From contig NC_043015.1 in assembly GCF_006345805.1 (NCBI RefSeq), positions 41,726,001 through 41,790,000 of the forward strand: 64,000 bases of DNA, written 5' to 3'. The notes beneath the pieces were generated by a model that saw nothing but the letters and a program-made list of their open reading frames with translations, had not been told where the DNA came from and searched no databases. Both the position numbers and the translations under genes were made by a program. Positions 36,383 to 48,652 of the stretch are shown here, piece after piece; positions within the stretch are counted from its first letter, which is position 1, and every line of letters begins with the position of its first letter. This stretch comes from Octopus sinensis (taxonomy: Eukaryota).

Positions 36383-36620
36383 GTGGAGGTGCGTGGCCTG
36401 GTGGTTAGGGTGTTGGATTCATGATTGTAAGATTGTGGTTTCATTTCCTGGTTCAGGCAATATGTTTTGTTCTTGAGCAAAACACTTCACATCACCTTGC
36501 TTCAATCCACTTAGCTGTAAAGAAATGACTAATCCTATGATAGACAGGTGTTCCGTCCAGGTGAGGAATATATTCGCCATGGAAACCAGGAAAATGCGTC
36601 TTATGAGTCAGCATCACTCA
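36383..36620 (+). mobile_element. SINE family D-type (tRNA-derived head), diverged
   Basis: GGTGGAGGTGCGTGGCCTGGTGGTTAGGGTGTTGG...GGTTTCATTTCCTGG; closely related to 62409-62645. Confidence 0.75.
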
Positions 36621-36684
36621 AAAAGGAAAGTTTACCTTTTTTTTTCTTTTCAGACAGGTTGATATCAAAATGGTTAGCACTCAT

Positions 36685-36825
36685 TGGAACTTTCTCAGAA
36701 GTAGTTCCTCCCCTTCCTCTGCCCCTCTGAATTTACCCAGAAGTAATTCCTCCCCTTCTTTCCCCTCCTTGGAACTTACCCAGAAGTAATTTTTCCTCCC
36801 TCTGAACTTACCCAGAAGTAATTCC
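36685..36825 (-). repeat. Reverse-oriented member of the TTCC(T/A)GG(A/T)AAGTTCC minisatellite family
   Basis: GAACTTACCCAGAAGTAATTCCTCCCC repeated four times. Confidence 0.75.
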
Positions 36826-36894
36826 ATCACATACCATTCACATACCATTTACATTCCATCACATCTGATACCAATGTAAAGATTCAATCTTCTT

Positions 36895-37450
36895 ACAAGA
36901 ACGCCTAAACAAGGAAAACCTGGAAGCTGTTCAGTGATGTGCAACCAAGAGAATACCCTCCATCAGGCATTTGCCATATTCTGAATGCCTTACTTCCCTG
37001 GCCATGGACACATTGAACCTCCGACGTCTGGCAATTGACTTGGCAGACACCCATAAAATTATCAACCATCTTACAAACAATAACTCTGAGCACCTTTTCA
37101 AACTCCACCTGTCTAACACCTGTGGACATGTTTACAAAGTCAGAAAACAGCACAGCTCCCATGACTTTAGGAAACATTTTTTCTTGCTGAGAGTTGCTGA
37201 AGCATGGAACAAACTGCTGGCATCAGTTGTTAGTTGTCGGAGCACTGTATCCTTCAAAACTTCCATGCTTCCTGAGATTCGCCAACACTACACCTGATTT
37301 TCTCCCCTCCATACACACACAAGCATGTATCTGACTCATACACTGTTCACTTCCCAGACATTTGTACATTACTGCATACACTTTATATGCACTTTTGACA
37401 AGTTGTGGTGCACCTGAGCACTGTATACAAGAATTTCATTATTATTATTA
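36895..37450 (+). mobile_element. CR1-type LINE 3' end (ORF2 C-terminus, 3' UTR, (ATT)n tail)
   Basis: ORF 36971-37297: LRRLAIDL...GHVYKVRKQ...RKHFF..RVAEAWNKL..SVV. The 3' UTR ends GAATTTCATTATTATTATTA. Confidence 0.88.
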
Positions 37451-37884
37451 TTTTTTTGTACAAAAGTACAGACCACACCTTAATATACACACTTGACCAC
37501 TTCAAAAATTATACTGAAGAGCTAGTTGTCCACCTTGCCACCTGTTACATCTCTTGGTCCAATCTGTAGACTCATTCTTATTTTTCAAATATCCAAAATG
37601 GCGAGACCCCTTTGTCACTGGAATTGATTACTTTACAATGTCCCTTGAAATGCTAATTTCAATAGCGAAAACCGGTTGGATATCACTACATCCATAAAAT
37701 ATGTATATATATTTTTAAAACTTTCTTTATAAAAAGATATTAAACTATGTGAAACGAAGGCATTTGTCTTCCACTTTTTATGTTTTCCACATTTTTTCAA
37801 CTCATAATTTTACCACGTGGTGTATACTGAATCTCCAGTATTTTTGCTCCTTTTATGTATATATATATATATATATATATATCA

Positions 37885-38300
37885 CCATCATCATCATCGT
37901 CATCATCGTTTAACGTCTGCTTTCCATGCTAGCATGGGTTGAACGATTTTGACTGAGGGCTGGCGAAGCAGATGGCTGCACCAGGCCCCAATCTTGATCT
38001 GGTAGAGTTTCTACAGCTAGATGCCCTTCCTAACGCCAACCACTCCAAGAGTGTAGTGGGTGCTTTTTACATGCCACCGGCACGTGGGCCAGTCAGGCAG
38101 TACTCGCTTGAATCTTTTTATACATGCCACCGGCACAGGCTCCAGTAAGGTGACACTGGTAACGATCACGCTCGAATGGTGCCCTTTTACGTGCCACTGG
38201 CACGGAGCCAGTTGGCTGCTCTGGCTACGATCATGTGCAGATGCTGCTCTTGGCACCCTACTAGCATGGGCACAAGTGCCAGTAAGGCGACATATATATA
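37885..38300 (-). mobile_element. Family C copy
   Basis: CATCATCGTTTAACGTCTGCTTTCCATGCTAGCATGGGTT...GTGCTTTTTACATGCCAC. Confidence 0.8.
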
Positions 38301-38898
38301 TACTAACTTTTGGACCCGATTTCATTTGGGTCTGTTCTTGGACTGCTACATTTTTAAAAATGAAAGGTCTTTAAAAATAATGGAAAGTTTATTAAAAAAT
38401 TGATTGAGAAAAGGCAATTATGCAAATGGATCATACAGTCTCTCAAAAAGCGATTATTTACACCTGACTCAGTTTCGCAGAATCAGTGTGGCTACGTGAA
38501 TCAGAGTTTGACTGGCAGAAGTGATCAGGTTCTGCGTGTAAATAAGAGTCAAGACTATTGAAAAGGTTGCAAGACGCAACGAAAATTTTAGGAAAATAGA
38601 AATAAGAAAAAAGTGGAAATTTTACCAGTGAGTGTGTTAAATTATAAGGCACAAAAAGAGAATGACTCCCCCAGGACACAACAGGTAATCTTATTGATTT
38701 CTTGGTTCAATTTCTGTTGACTCCAAGATGATTTGAACTCAGAACCAACCAGACCAAAATATTCACAATGTTTAGTCCATTTTTCTGGAAATTTATTGAA
38801 AATGAATCCAAGATACAATAAAAGATAAATTTTTAAGGGAGAAAACTCTGCTGTTACCAACAACTTAGAAGGGGGAAAACTCTCCTTTCTGATTTAAA

Positions 38899-39287
38899 TC
38901 TCTCTCTATATAAAACTGAAGTTGTCTGTGTATGGCAGGTTTGGTAGCCTTCAACTAACACTATCTCCTCAGAGACCCAGCGGCACAAGTTGACCAAAAT
39001 TGACAGTATGATAGAAGAAGGCTTGCTCTTCCTTCCGTAGAAGAAAAAATTCAAATCAAACCATGTTAACACCAAAAATTATTTACATCAAAGTGCTTTT
39101 TTTCTTTGAAAATCCCTATTTCTTATAATTTTTTTACTGCTGTGTCGCCATTTTTCGGTGTATTTCAACCAGAAAAATGTTCACTTAAAGAGAATAACAA
39201 GCTACATAATGCAAAATTTTGACTTTTCAAAAATTCCAATTCTAAAGCCTCGAAACAGACCCGAGCAACGCCGGGTGATCCTGCTAG
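38899..39287 (+). mobile_element. Non-autonomous Helitron, ~390 bp
   Basis: A|TCTCTCTCTATATAAAACTG ... hairpin ACCCGAGCAACGCCGGGT ... CTAG|T; inserted between A and T. Confidence 0.82.
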
Positions 39288-39547
39288 TAAAACTATAATT
39301 TCGTAAAACAAGTTTCCTTCTATTTGTTCATAAACGAGTCTAACTATACTATACTAACTCTGTTGTATCAGACAGCAATTTTCTTACGTTTTCCTAAAAT
39401 CAGAGAGAGAGAGTTACACGACATTTTGACTCCTACGTTATTTATTGACCTTGGAAAGATCAAAGGCAAAGTCAACCTCCGAAGTGGAAATCGAACTCAA
39501 AACATTAAAAGACAATAACTAAATACAACAAAGCATTTTGTCTCGTA

Positions 39548-39567
39548 CCACTATTACTACTACTACT

Positions 39568-39617
<50 letters not shown>

Positions 39618-39645
39618 CACCACCACCACCACCACCACCACCACC

Positions 39646-39707
<62 letters not shown>

Positions 39708-39768
39708 GACGACGACGACGACGACGACGACGACCACCACCACCACCACCACCACCACCACCACCACC

Positions 39769-39812
<44 letters not shown>

Positions 39813-39861
39813 GACGACGACGACGACGACGACGACCACCACCACCACCACCACCACCACC

Positions 39862-39913
<52 letters not shown>

Positions 39914-39927
39914 ACTACTACTACTAC
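39548..39927. repeat. Compound triplet repeat: three cycles of (ACG)n(ACC)n(ACT)n
   Basis: Directly visible; gives the poly-Thr and poly-Val ORFs. Confidence 0.95.
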
Positions 39928-40327
39928 AATTTTTGAATGGGGGTGAGATAGCCAAAAAGTACCCCAGGCAAAACAAACAACACTGCACTGTTTGTAAGGT
40001 ATATTTTAAAAGATTGCTCATGCACAGCCCCAAAAAAAAAACACATCTAACAAGAAGTGGCCAAGCTTTGAATAAGAACAGATGACGTACGAACGTACAT
40101 ATGAACGAATGAAGCAAATAAAAGAGCAAAAAATTGGAAAAATATGCACAAGTACACAAATTCGTGTCGGAGGGAAAATACTAGTATAAACGTTAATCGC
40201 AGTTTTCTAACGATGCAACTGTGACTGAAGGGAAATAATTAAAGAAAAGTCGGACTGGAATTTAGAGTTATTTCCCTTGTAAAATCAACTCATTTTTCAC
40301 GAGTCGCATCGCAAACTCTGTGTAAAG

Positions 40328-40500
40328 CTGAGAGCTGGCAGAATCGTTAACGCGTCGGGCAAAAATGCTTAGCTGCCTTTCGCCTGTCTTTACGATCTTA
40401 GTTCAAATTCCGCCGAGGTCGACTTTGCGCTTTATTCTTTCTAGGTCCGTAAAATAAGTACCAGTCGCGCACTGGGGTTAATGTAATCGACTTGACCCTC
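40328..40500 (+). mobile_element. SINE family B, diverged
   Basis: GAGCTGGCAGAATCGTTAACGC...GTCGACTTTGCG...AAGTACCAG. Confidence 0.75.
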
Positions 40501-40594
40501 ACCGAGAAAGTTGCTAAAAATTGGAACCATTATTACAAAGGTAAACTTAAATGTTTCTAAACAGAAAAGAAAGATCGGTTGATAGAAAGAAAAA

Positions 40595-41418
40595 ACAGCG
40601 AACAGGGAAACCATTGGGCCGGCGGATTTCCAAGTTATACTCCCCCACCTCCGATCATCACAGATCCTTCTCCATGTTTAACTGTTGGAAGAAGGCAATC
40701 TGGGTCAAATGGTTCTTTTGGCTGTCTCCACACGTATACTCGGCCGGTGGCCGGAAATAAAGTAAAGGACGACTCATCCGAGAAAATAACATTCTTCCAC
40801 TGCTCTAGGGACCAATTCTGTAGGTTTTTACTACACTCTAAACACTTTGCAACGTTTGTTTTTGAAAATAGTGGTTTTCTGATTGCAGTCCTCCCGTGAA
40901 ATCCAGTTCTGTGCAGCTCCCAGCGAACAGGTTTTGTGGAAAATGGGTTCTTAAAGTGGTCATTAAACTCTGCAGTAATTTTAGGAGCTGTACTTTTGTG
41001 ATCCTTTCTAACAATTCCCGTAAGTGTCCGACGGTCCCTATCTGAAAGTTTTGGTTTTCTTCCGGAGTTTTGTTTCGACGAGAAGTTTCTTCCCTCTTTC
41101 TCAAAGGCTGTCATTACTTTCAGGTCAGTACTTCTTGATACACCAAACATTTCGGCTGTTTTCGTTACGCTAGCGCCTGCTATACGAGCACCAACAATTT
41201 GACCTCTTTGAAAGTCCGACAGATCTGTCATGTTAATGGATTTTAATTACCTTTTTCTGAAGATATCTGAAAAGAAACAGCAATTTTAGCAAAACATATT
41301 AAGCAACACTAATAATAAATCAAAAAACATAAAAATAAAACAAACTTTTGACGGTTTTATAGATATTTCAAAATTATGATCTTCTGATGCTAAGTGTTTC
41401 CATTATTTTGTCCAACCC

Positions 41419-41421
<3 letters not shown>
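40595..41421 (-). mobile_element. Tc1-family transposon, 5' half with truncated transposase
   Basis: TA|CAGGGGTTGGACAAAATAATGGAAACAC terminus at 41421. ORF 40635-41231 has HTH (LSDFQRGQIVG), GRKPKLS, RKP, first catalytic D in VIFSDES and PTVKHG. A frameshift is followed by WGSITW, then truncation before the second D and the E. Confidence 0.92.
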
Positions 41422-41512
<91 letters not shown>

Positions 41513-41552
41513 CATATATATGTGTATGTATTTGTGTGTGTGTATATATATA

Positions 41553-41603
<51 letters not shown>

Positions 41604-41634
41604 CATATATATTGTATGTATTTGTGTGTGTGTG

Positions 41635-41679
<45 letters not shown>

Positions 41680-41705
41680 CATATGTGTATGTATTTATGT
41701 GTGTA

Positions 41706-42082
41706 CTAGCAGTATCGCCCGGCGTTGCTCAGGTTTGTAAGGGAAATAACTATTAAAGCATTTTTAGAGAGTTATAGCCAAAAAATAGCAAAAAAATGGA
41801 AAAAAAATGATGGTAAATTTTTTGAGAGTTAAAAAAGGTAGAGTTGCGTCCCCTAGACGGTCTGTGGTTTGGGTTTCTGATTCTCGACCCCATGTCGAAT
41901 TTATCGATTTTTTTCAGAACTGGGGGAACTTTTCAAAATTTTCGCTGCGTTAGTTTTGAATTATGACATTGGGCTATGTGTGTGTCAAGTTTCATCAGAA
42001 TCGGTTGAAAGCCGTGGTCAGAGTGAGGGTACGAGAAAACAGACACACAGAAAACGCACAGACAAACTGCCGTTTATATATA

Positions 42083-42085
<3 letters not shown>
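41706..42085 (-). mobile_element. Non-autonomous Helitron sharing its 5' end with 1913-3214
   Basis: CTAG at 41706-41709 with hairpin GCCCGGCGTTGCTCAGG. 41880-42085 is the reverse complement of ~1920-2115. Confidence 0.8.
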
Positions 42086-42132
<47 letters not shown>

Positions 42133-42189
42133 TATGTATATATATATATCATACATACGTACACACACGCACACAGACATACATGCATA

Positions 42190-42810
42190 GAAGCCAGAGA
42201 AGATTATGAATGCAGGTTGGAAGCCACTAGAGTTGGTTGAGGACTTCTTGCATCTGGAGTAAAGATTGGAAACACAGTGGGTGATATAGTTGAGAGGAAG
42301 AGCGAAGCCTGGGCAGCATGTCACGGTTTGAGATCCGTATGGAAGTCGGACGTTCGTAAAGAGCTGAAGATCCGTCTCTTCGTTGCTGCAGTGAAGTCTG
42401 TGCTGTTGTACTGGTCTGAGACTTGGACACTGACCAAGAAACCCACTCAGATGGTGGATGGTAGCTACACGAGAATGCTGAGGATGGTTCTGAACATTAA
42501 TCAGTATACACTGAGGCTAAAGAACCCAGAGCTGTACGAGAGCCTCCCAACAGTCAGCTCGAACAAACCACAGAGGAGATTGAGGTTGGACATGCTCACA
42601 TCATTCAGAGTTGATACTGCACTCAGTGCTCCAGTGGGAGCCCCTACACAGACACACTAGAAGAGGGAGACTGAGGATGACATATGTTGATGCCCTAAGG
42701 ACAGAGACTGGTCACTGGGAAAAAACAGGACATGGCAGCGATGATGAGGGGCTAAGATTGCTTGAGAGGACTTGTCCATGGATCCTGGGAATTTTTACCC
42801 GCCCTATATA
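42190..42810 (+). mobile_element. RTE-group LINE 3' ORF fragment
   Basis: KIRLFVAAVKSVLLYWSETWTL...YTRMLRMVLNI...RRLRL, then WEP...RRGRLRMTYVDAL (RTE-type thumb/C-terminal motifs). Confidence 0.85.
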
Positions 42811-43182
42811 ACTTAAATAACTTAGATTGGTTTCGGCCATTATCGGCCCAGGCAATGACTAACTCAATAGCTTCACCTGGAAAAGTCTTTTAATCAATTA
42901 TTTCGGGACACCATGGACCACTCAAGCAGAGAGTTGTTATTTTTGGCTGAAACGTATCCAGATGTAGGTGGTTTGTCCGGTATTTCTTGGAGGAATTTGT
43001 CCAGGTACCGTTTGAAAGTTGTGCGGTATTTTTCTTAATTAATTTCTTTCGGGATAACATTGAACAGAGCAGGACCATTTGCAGTGAAGAAATAGTGTCG
43101 CAATGTTCCTATGTGATGTGATCTCGACCTTTGTAAGGGACACATTACACGGGGGTGAATTGCAAACATAATACCGATATCA

Positions 43183-43402
43183 TTTCTTTCTTTCTTTCTT
43201 TCTTTTACTTGTTTCAGTCATTTGACTGCGGCCATGCTGGAGCACCGGCTTTAGTCGACTAAATCGACCCCAGGACTTATTCTTTGTAAGCCTAGTACTT
43301 ATTCTATCGGTCTCTTTTTGCCGAACCGCTAAGTGACGGGGACGTAAACACACCAGCATCGGTTGTCAAGCAATGCTAGGGGGACAAACACAAACATACA
43401 CG

Positions 43403-43434
<32 letters not shown>

Positions 43435-43607
43435 CATATATACAACAGGCTTCTTTCAGTTTCCGTCTACCAAATCCACTCACAAGGCATTGGTCGGCCC
43501 GGGGCTATAGCAGAAGACACTTGCCCAAGATGCCACGCAGTGGGTCTGAACCCGGAACCATATGGCTGGTTAGCAAGCTACTTACCACACAGCTACTCCT
43601 GCGCCTA
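43183..43607 (-). mobile_element. SINE family A copy inserted in the CR1 remnant
   Basis: Full-length family match. Confidence 0.9.
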
Positions 43608-43825
43608 TTGGATAATATTGGTAGAATATTTTCCAATTGGTGCAAATAATGTATCATTCGAGGCGGCGTTGAAGTAAATAGTGTTTCAGCTGTTTAAGTC
43701 GGGCCCAATAATCAAGTCCCGTCATGCCATTTATTTATTAGTGATTGATATTTGGGGCACTTCGATCCTCATTATGTCTTTTTTTTTTGCAGGGAGGAAC
43801 CACAATGGGCAGCAGTATTCGAGCT

Positions 43826-44047
43826 GGCAGAAACGTTAGCACGCCGGGCGAAATGCTTAGCGGTATTTCGTCTTGCGTTACGTTATGAGTTCAAATTCCG
43901 CCGAGGTCGACTTTGCCTTTCATCCTTTCGGGGTCGATAAATTAAGTACCAGTTACGTACTGGGGTTGATGTAATCGACTTAATACCTATGTCTGTCCTT
44001 GTTTGCCCTCTCTGTGTTTAGCCCCTTGTGGGTAATAAAGAAATAAG
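43826..44047 (+). mobile_element. SINE family B copy inserted in the CR1 remnant
   Basis: Flanked by the repeated AGTATTCGAG (~43815 and ~44047), a probable TSD partly overlapping the head. Confidence 0.88.
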
Positions 44048-44286
44048 TATTCGAGGTGGGGGCCTAGCGAATGTGGAGAAGAGAAAGACGATGGTTTCAT
44101 GATCCCTAGAATAGAAAGTTCTGAGGATCCATGAGCACACTCTGCAGGCAACATCGACCTTTTGTTGATGCGTACGCTTCACCTAAGGTTGCTGTCGACA
44201 ATTAGAGCAAGGGCTGCTGTCGACAGATATTATCCGACGGTTCAAATAAGTCTCCCGACGGTAGTGTGTATGGTTGTTTGAGTATG

Positions 44287-44676
44287 GATGGAAGCACTCC
44301 GTCGGTTACGACGATGAGGGTTCCGGTTGATCCGAATCAACGGAACAGCCTGCTCGTGAAATTAACGTCTAAGTGGCTGAGCACTCCACAGGCACGTGTA
44401 CCCTTAACGTAGTTCTCGGGGATATTCAGCGTGACACAGAGAGTGACAAGGCCGGCCCTTTGAAGTACAGGTACAACAGAAACAGGAAGTAAGAGTGAGA
44501 GAAAGTTGTGGTGAAAGAGTACAGCAGGGATCACCACCATCTCTGCCGGAGCCTCGTGGAGCTTTAGGTGTTTTCGCTCAATAAACACTCACAACGCCCG
44601 GTCGGGGAATCGAAACCGCGATCCTACGACCGCGAGTCCACTGCCCTGACCACTGGGCCATTGCGCCTCCACACAG
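44287..44676 (-). mobile_element. SINE family D, full length (tRNA-derived head)
   Basis: Minus strand: TGTGGAGGCGCAATGGCCCAGTGGTCAGGGC (A-box) ... GGTTTCGATTCCCC (B-box) ... 3' end GGAACCCTCATCGTCGTAACCGACGGAGTGCTTCCA. Flanked by 85-bp direct repeats. Confidence 0.9.
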
Positions 44677-45100
44677 TTAGAGCAAAGGCTGCTGTCAACA
44701 GATATCATCCGACGGTTCAAGTAGGTCTCCCGACGGTCGTGTATATGGTTGTTTGAGTATGCCCTCTTTTCCAAAGTGGATGAGCTCAAATTTTTCTTCG
44801 TTCAGCACCATTTTGCTTTTTTTGGTCCTACTGGGTTACTGCCCATAAGTCCGATTGAAACATCGTTCGATCATATGCTCCCTTGATGACTTTCTGAAGC
44901 TTAGAGTCACCTGCAAATATTTTAATGGTGCTATGTTCAATGGAATCAGAAATGTCAGTGATATAGACAATAAAACGGTGTAGACGCAGCACAGAACCCC
45001 GCGGGACTCCGCTGATGACTTTTACTGGTCTAGAGTGGATGCCAGAAAATAATTAATCCGGTTGTCAAGCAATGCTAGGGGAACAAACACAGACACACAA

Positions 45101-45138
<38 letters not shown>

Positions 45139-45239
45139 ATATATACGACAGTATATTGCGGTCGACTCTGTATATATACGCATGCATATGTGTGCGTGTG
45201 TGTGTATGCGTGTGTGTGTGTATTACATATGTATATAGG

Positions 45240-45327
<88 letters not shown>

Positions 45328-45565
45328 GTGTGTGTGTGTGTATGTAGTGAGAATTTACAAAAAAACAAACAAACAAACAAAAAAACAAAAGACGAAGACG
45401 GGTGTGCAAACAACAAACAGATGTATTAGTTTAACGCCCGGGAAGTGAGACAGTCCTTTACCTTTCGAGCCTACGCTCTTCGGCAGAAAGGAACACAGAA
45501 ATAAACAGGGAGAGAAAATAAAAAACAAGGTTTAGTGGCTAGTGATCTACCATGATATGATATAT

Positions 45566-45609
<44 letters not shown>

Positions 45610-46412
45610 TTAATTATAATATATATATAATATATATATTTGTGTGCGTGTGTGTGTGAGGTGTATATATACATAAATATATGCATGTATATATGAATGT
45701 ATGTATGTGTGTATATATATATATATATATGTATACATATGTATGTATGTGTACGTATATATATATATATGGGTGCATGTATGAGTCTGTGTGTGCATGT
45801 GTATGCGTCTGTATATATCAGTATTTACATAGGAGTTAAGTGTTTGTATACACACACTCATCAATCTATTTTGTACATCGAGCACTTGGATCGCGGGAAG
45901 GTGGCGAGCGATACGAGTCAGTTGTGACTTTGTCAACATTGTAATTGTTTAAACATATTGTTTTCTTAATCAAAGTTGTTGCACGGGTTTTTTTTTAGTG
46001 CTCTGCTCCACTCTCTGTTGTTTTGGGGGATTTGTGTGACTGTCAACCAATGTGACAAACATACAGACGCAAACACGGAGATGGACAGACACAGGCAGAC
46101 AGACAGAAATACACAGGTAAATTCATACGTAGATAAGTTTCTTTATTGGCCACACAGGGCTGCACACAGATGGGTTAAGTTACAAGGTAGAGCTTTTCTT
46201 TTGGGGGATGAAAAAACAAAAAAAAAACAAAAAAACAAAAGAAACCAAAAAAAAAGGTGGCGTAGGTTTTCGATCGAAAGGGATCGTAAAAGGAAAACAA
46301 AGAACAAAAAATAAAATTAAAAAAAGGAAAAAAAAAGAAAAAAAGGAAAAGGAACAAAAGAAAGAAAGATGGACAGATATAGAGATAGATAGACAGAGAC
46401 AGACAGACAGAC

Positions 46413-46474
<62 letters not shown>

Positions 46475-46615
46475 GCAAAAATACATTCATACATAAAAGG
46501 CGTGTATTCGGAAGTCACACACGCACACACATACATGGAAACTAATATATATGCGTCTGTGTGTATGTGTGTGCGCGCGCGCGTATGTATGCAAGTCTGT
46601 ATGTATGTATATATG

Positions 46616-46715
46616 NNNNNNNNNNNNNNNNNNNNNNNNNNNNNNNNNNNNNNNNNNNNNNNNNNNNNNNNNNNNNNNNNNNNNNNNNNNNNNNNNNNNN
46701 NNNNNNNNNNNNNNN
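46616..46715. other. Assembly gap (100 N)
   Basis: Run of exactly 100 n, flanked by microsatellites. Confidence 1.
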
Positions 46716-46742
46716 ACACACACACACAACACACACATATAT

Positions 46743-46773
<31 letters not shown>

Positions 46774-46789
46774 GTATAAATATACATAT

Positions 46790-47075
46790 ATACACGACGG
46801 GCTTCGTTTAGTTTCCGTCTACCAAATCCACTCATAAGGTTTTGGTCGACCCGATGCAATAGTAAAAGTCAATTGCCCAAGATGCCACACAGTGCAACTG
46901 AACCTGGAACCATGTGGTTGGGAAGCAAGCTCCTTACCACACAGCAACGCCTATAAATATATATATACACGACGGGTTTCTTTCAGTTTCCGTCTACTAA
47001 ATCTACTCACAAGGCTTTGGTCGGGATAAACAAGAAGACAATTGTACAAGGTGCCACGCAGTGGGACTGAACCTG
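46790..47075 (-). mobile_element. Two tandem partial SINE family A 5' halves
   Basis: CGACGGGCTTC...ACCACACAGCAACGCCTA, then a second ACGACGGGTTTC...GGGACTGAACC. Confidence 0.75.
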
Positions 47076-47177
47076 AAACGGTTACGACGACGTGGGTTCC
47101 AGTTCATCCGATCAACGGAAGAGCCTACTCGTGAAATTAACGTCTTACTCACATCATTACCTCTCGTATAACCTCCT

Positions 47178-47210
<33 letters not shown>

Positions 47211-47509
47211 TATGTATGTATAAACATATATATGTATATATATATATATACATATATATGTATGTGTGTATGTATGTATGTCTCGTCTGTTTCTATTATA
47301 AATCTTCCACTGAGGAGGGAGCCGGTTTCCAAGATACAAGGCTCCATGTTTGGTATATAGTTAACACAGACAAATTCTGTGTATGTGTGTATGTCTGTAT
47401 GTATGTATATATGTACGTTTCTATGTATAAATATACGTATGAATGTATATATGTATGTATGAATATATGTATGTATGAATGTATGTACGTATGTTTGTAT
47501 GTATGTTTG

Positions 47510-47735
47510 TGTGTGTGCCTTTGTGTATGTGCTTGTCCCCCACTGTCGCTTGACAACAGAAGCTGATGTGTTTACGACCGGGTAAATTAGCGGTTCGGCA
47601 AAAGGGAGCGATAGAATAAGTATGAGGTTTTACAAAATATAGTGTTTTGGTCGATTCGTTGAACTAAAATTTTTCATGATTGCGCTCCAGTATGGCCGCA
47701 GTCAAATGATTGAAACAAAATATAAAAGAAAAAGA
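47510..47735 (+). mobile_element. SINE family A, 3' half
   Basis: GCTTGTCCCCCACTGTCGCTTGACAAC...GGCCGCAGTCAAATGATTGAAAC. Confidence 0.75.
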
Positions 47736-48254
47736 TTCATACACACACACAAACACATACACACACAGATATGTATGTGTGTGTGTGTTTCTTTGTAAAA
47801 GACCAAACAAAATATTCTACCAAGACAAGGGCAAATATATTCACGAATATAATGAATTTACTAGGCTGAATAACTAAATACAACATATAAAGAATAATGT
47901 TTTTAATACGAAATATTCAAATTTTTATTCACGTCTTTAAAGTATTTAATTTTGCCGATCGATGTCTTTTCTTTCGTTATCAAATTAGAATTTTTGGATA
48001 AAGAAAATGGATGATTTGCAACGACGTACAGCAATTCATAATAGTTGTATTCAGAAGTTAGAATATAAGGGCATAATATGTTTGTATGACTGTGCGTGTG
48101 TACGTCCTGAGTTTGAATTTTAGAGCAATATATATCTGGATTCAACAGTGTTGTCCTAAGTGTAGTTCTCATTTATCAATCATAAGATACACACACAGAT
48201 ACGTATATACTTACATGAATATATGCATACCCACACATACACATATATATATAT

Positions 48255-48315
<61 letters not shown>

Positions 48316-48569
48316 GTTACTTGTTTTTTAAATATATTATCGTATGATTTCATTCCTTCAATAACACTTAATGATATAGTATTACATATTTTTAAATACA
48401 TCGTTATGTGACTTTTGGGATTAAATTTCCATATAATTTCCTTTAATTCTTTATTAGTAATATTCATCATGAAGAATGGTTCGTTTATCTTTTATTTCGT
48501 TATATAAACGTAATTTTATACGTCCATGGGTCAATACGTATTTGTATACACGAGTATATGTATTTATGC

Positions 48570-48652
<83 letters not shown>

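Larger units (their letters stand above)
42850..45055 (-). mobile_element. Single decayed CR1-group LINE 3' half interrupted by three SINE insertions
   Basis: Collinear minus-strand pieces: SGVPRGSVL..FIVYITDI..IFAGDSKL (45050-44900); LNEEKFELIHFG (~44800); WILRTFYSRD..PHLEY (44150-44050); CCPLW..LDYWARLKQLK..QRRLE (43820-43620); GPALFNVIPKEI..FKRYLDKFLQEIPDKP..NSLLEW (43110-42910). Confidence 0.85.

Noticed and set aside
44590-44672. Possible tRNA gene (also 36386-36450, 59810-59875, 62410-62475, 19845-19870)
   Set aside because: A/B boxes are present, but there is no complete cloverleaf or acceptor stem. Most run directly into a shared SINE body, so they are tRNA-derived heads or fragments.
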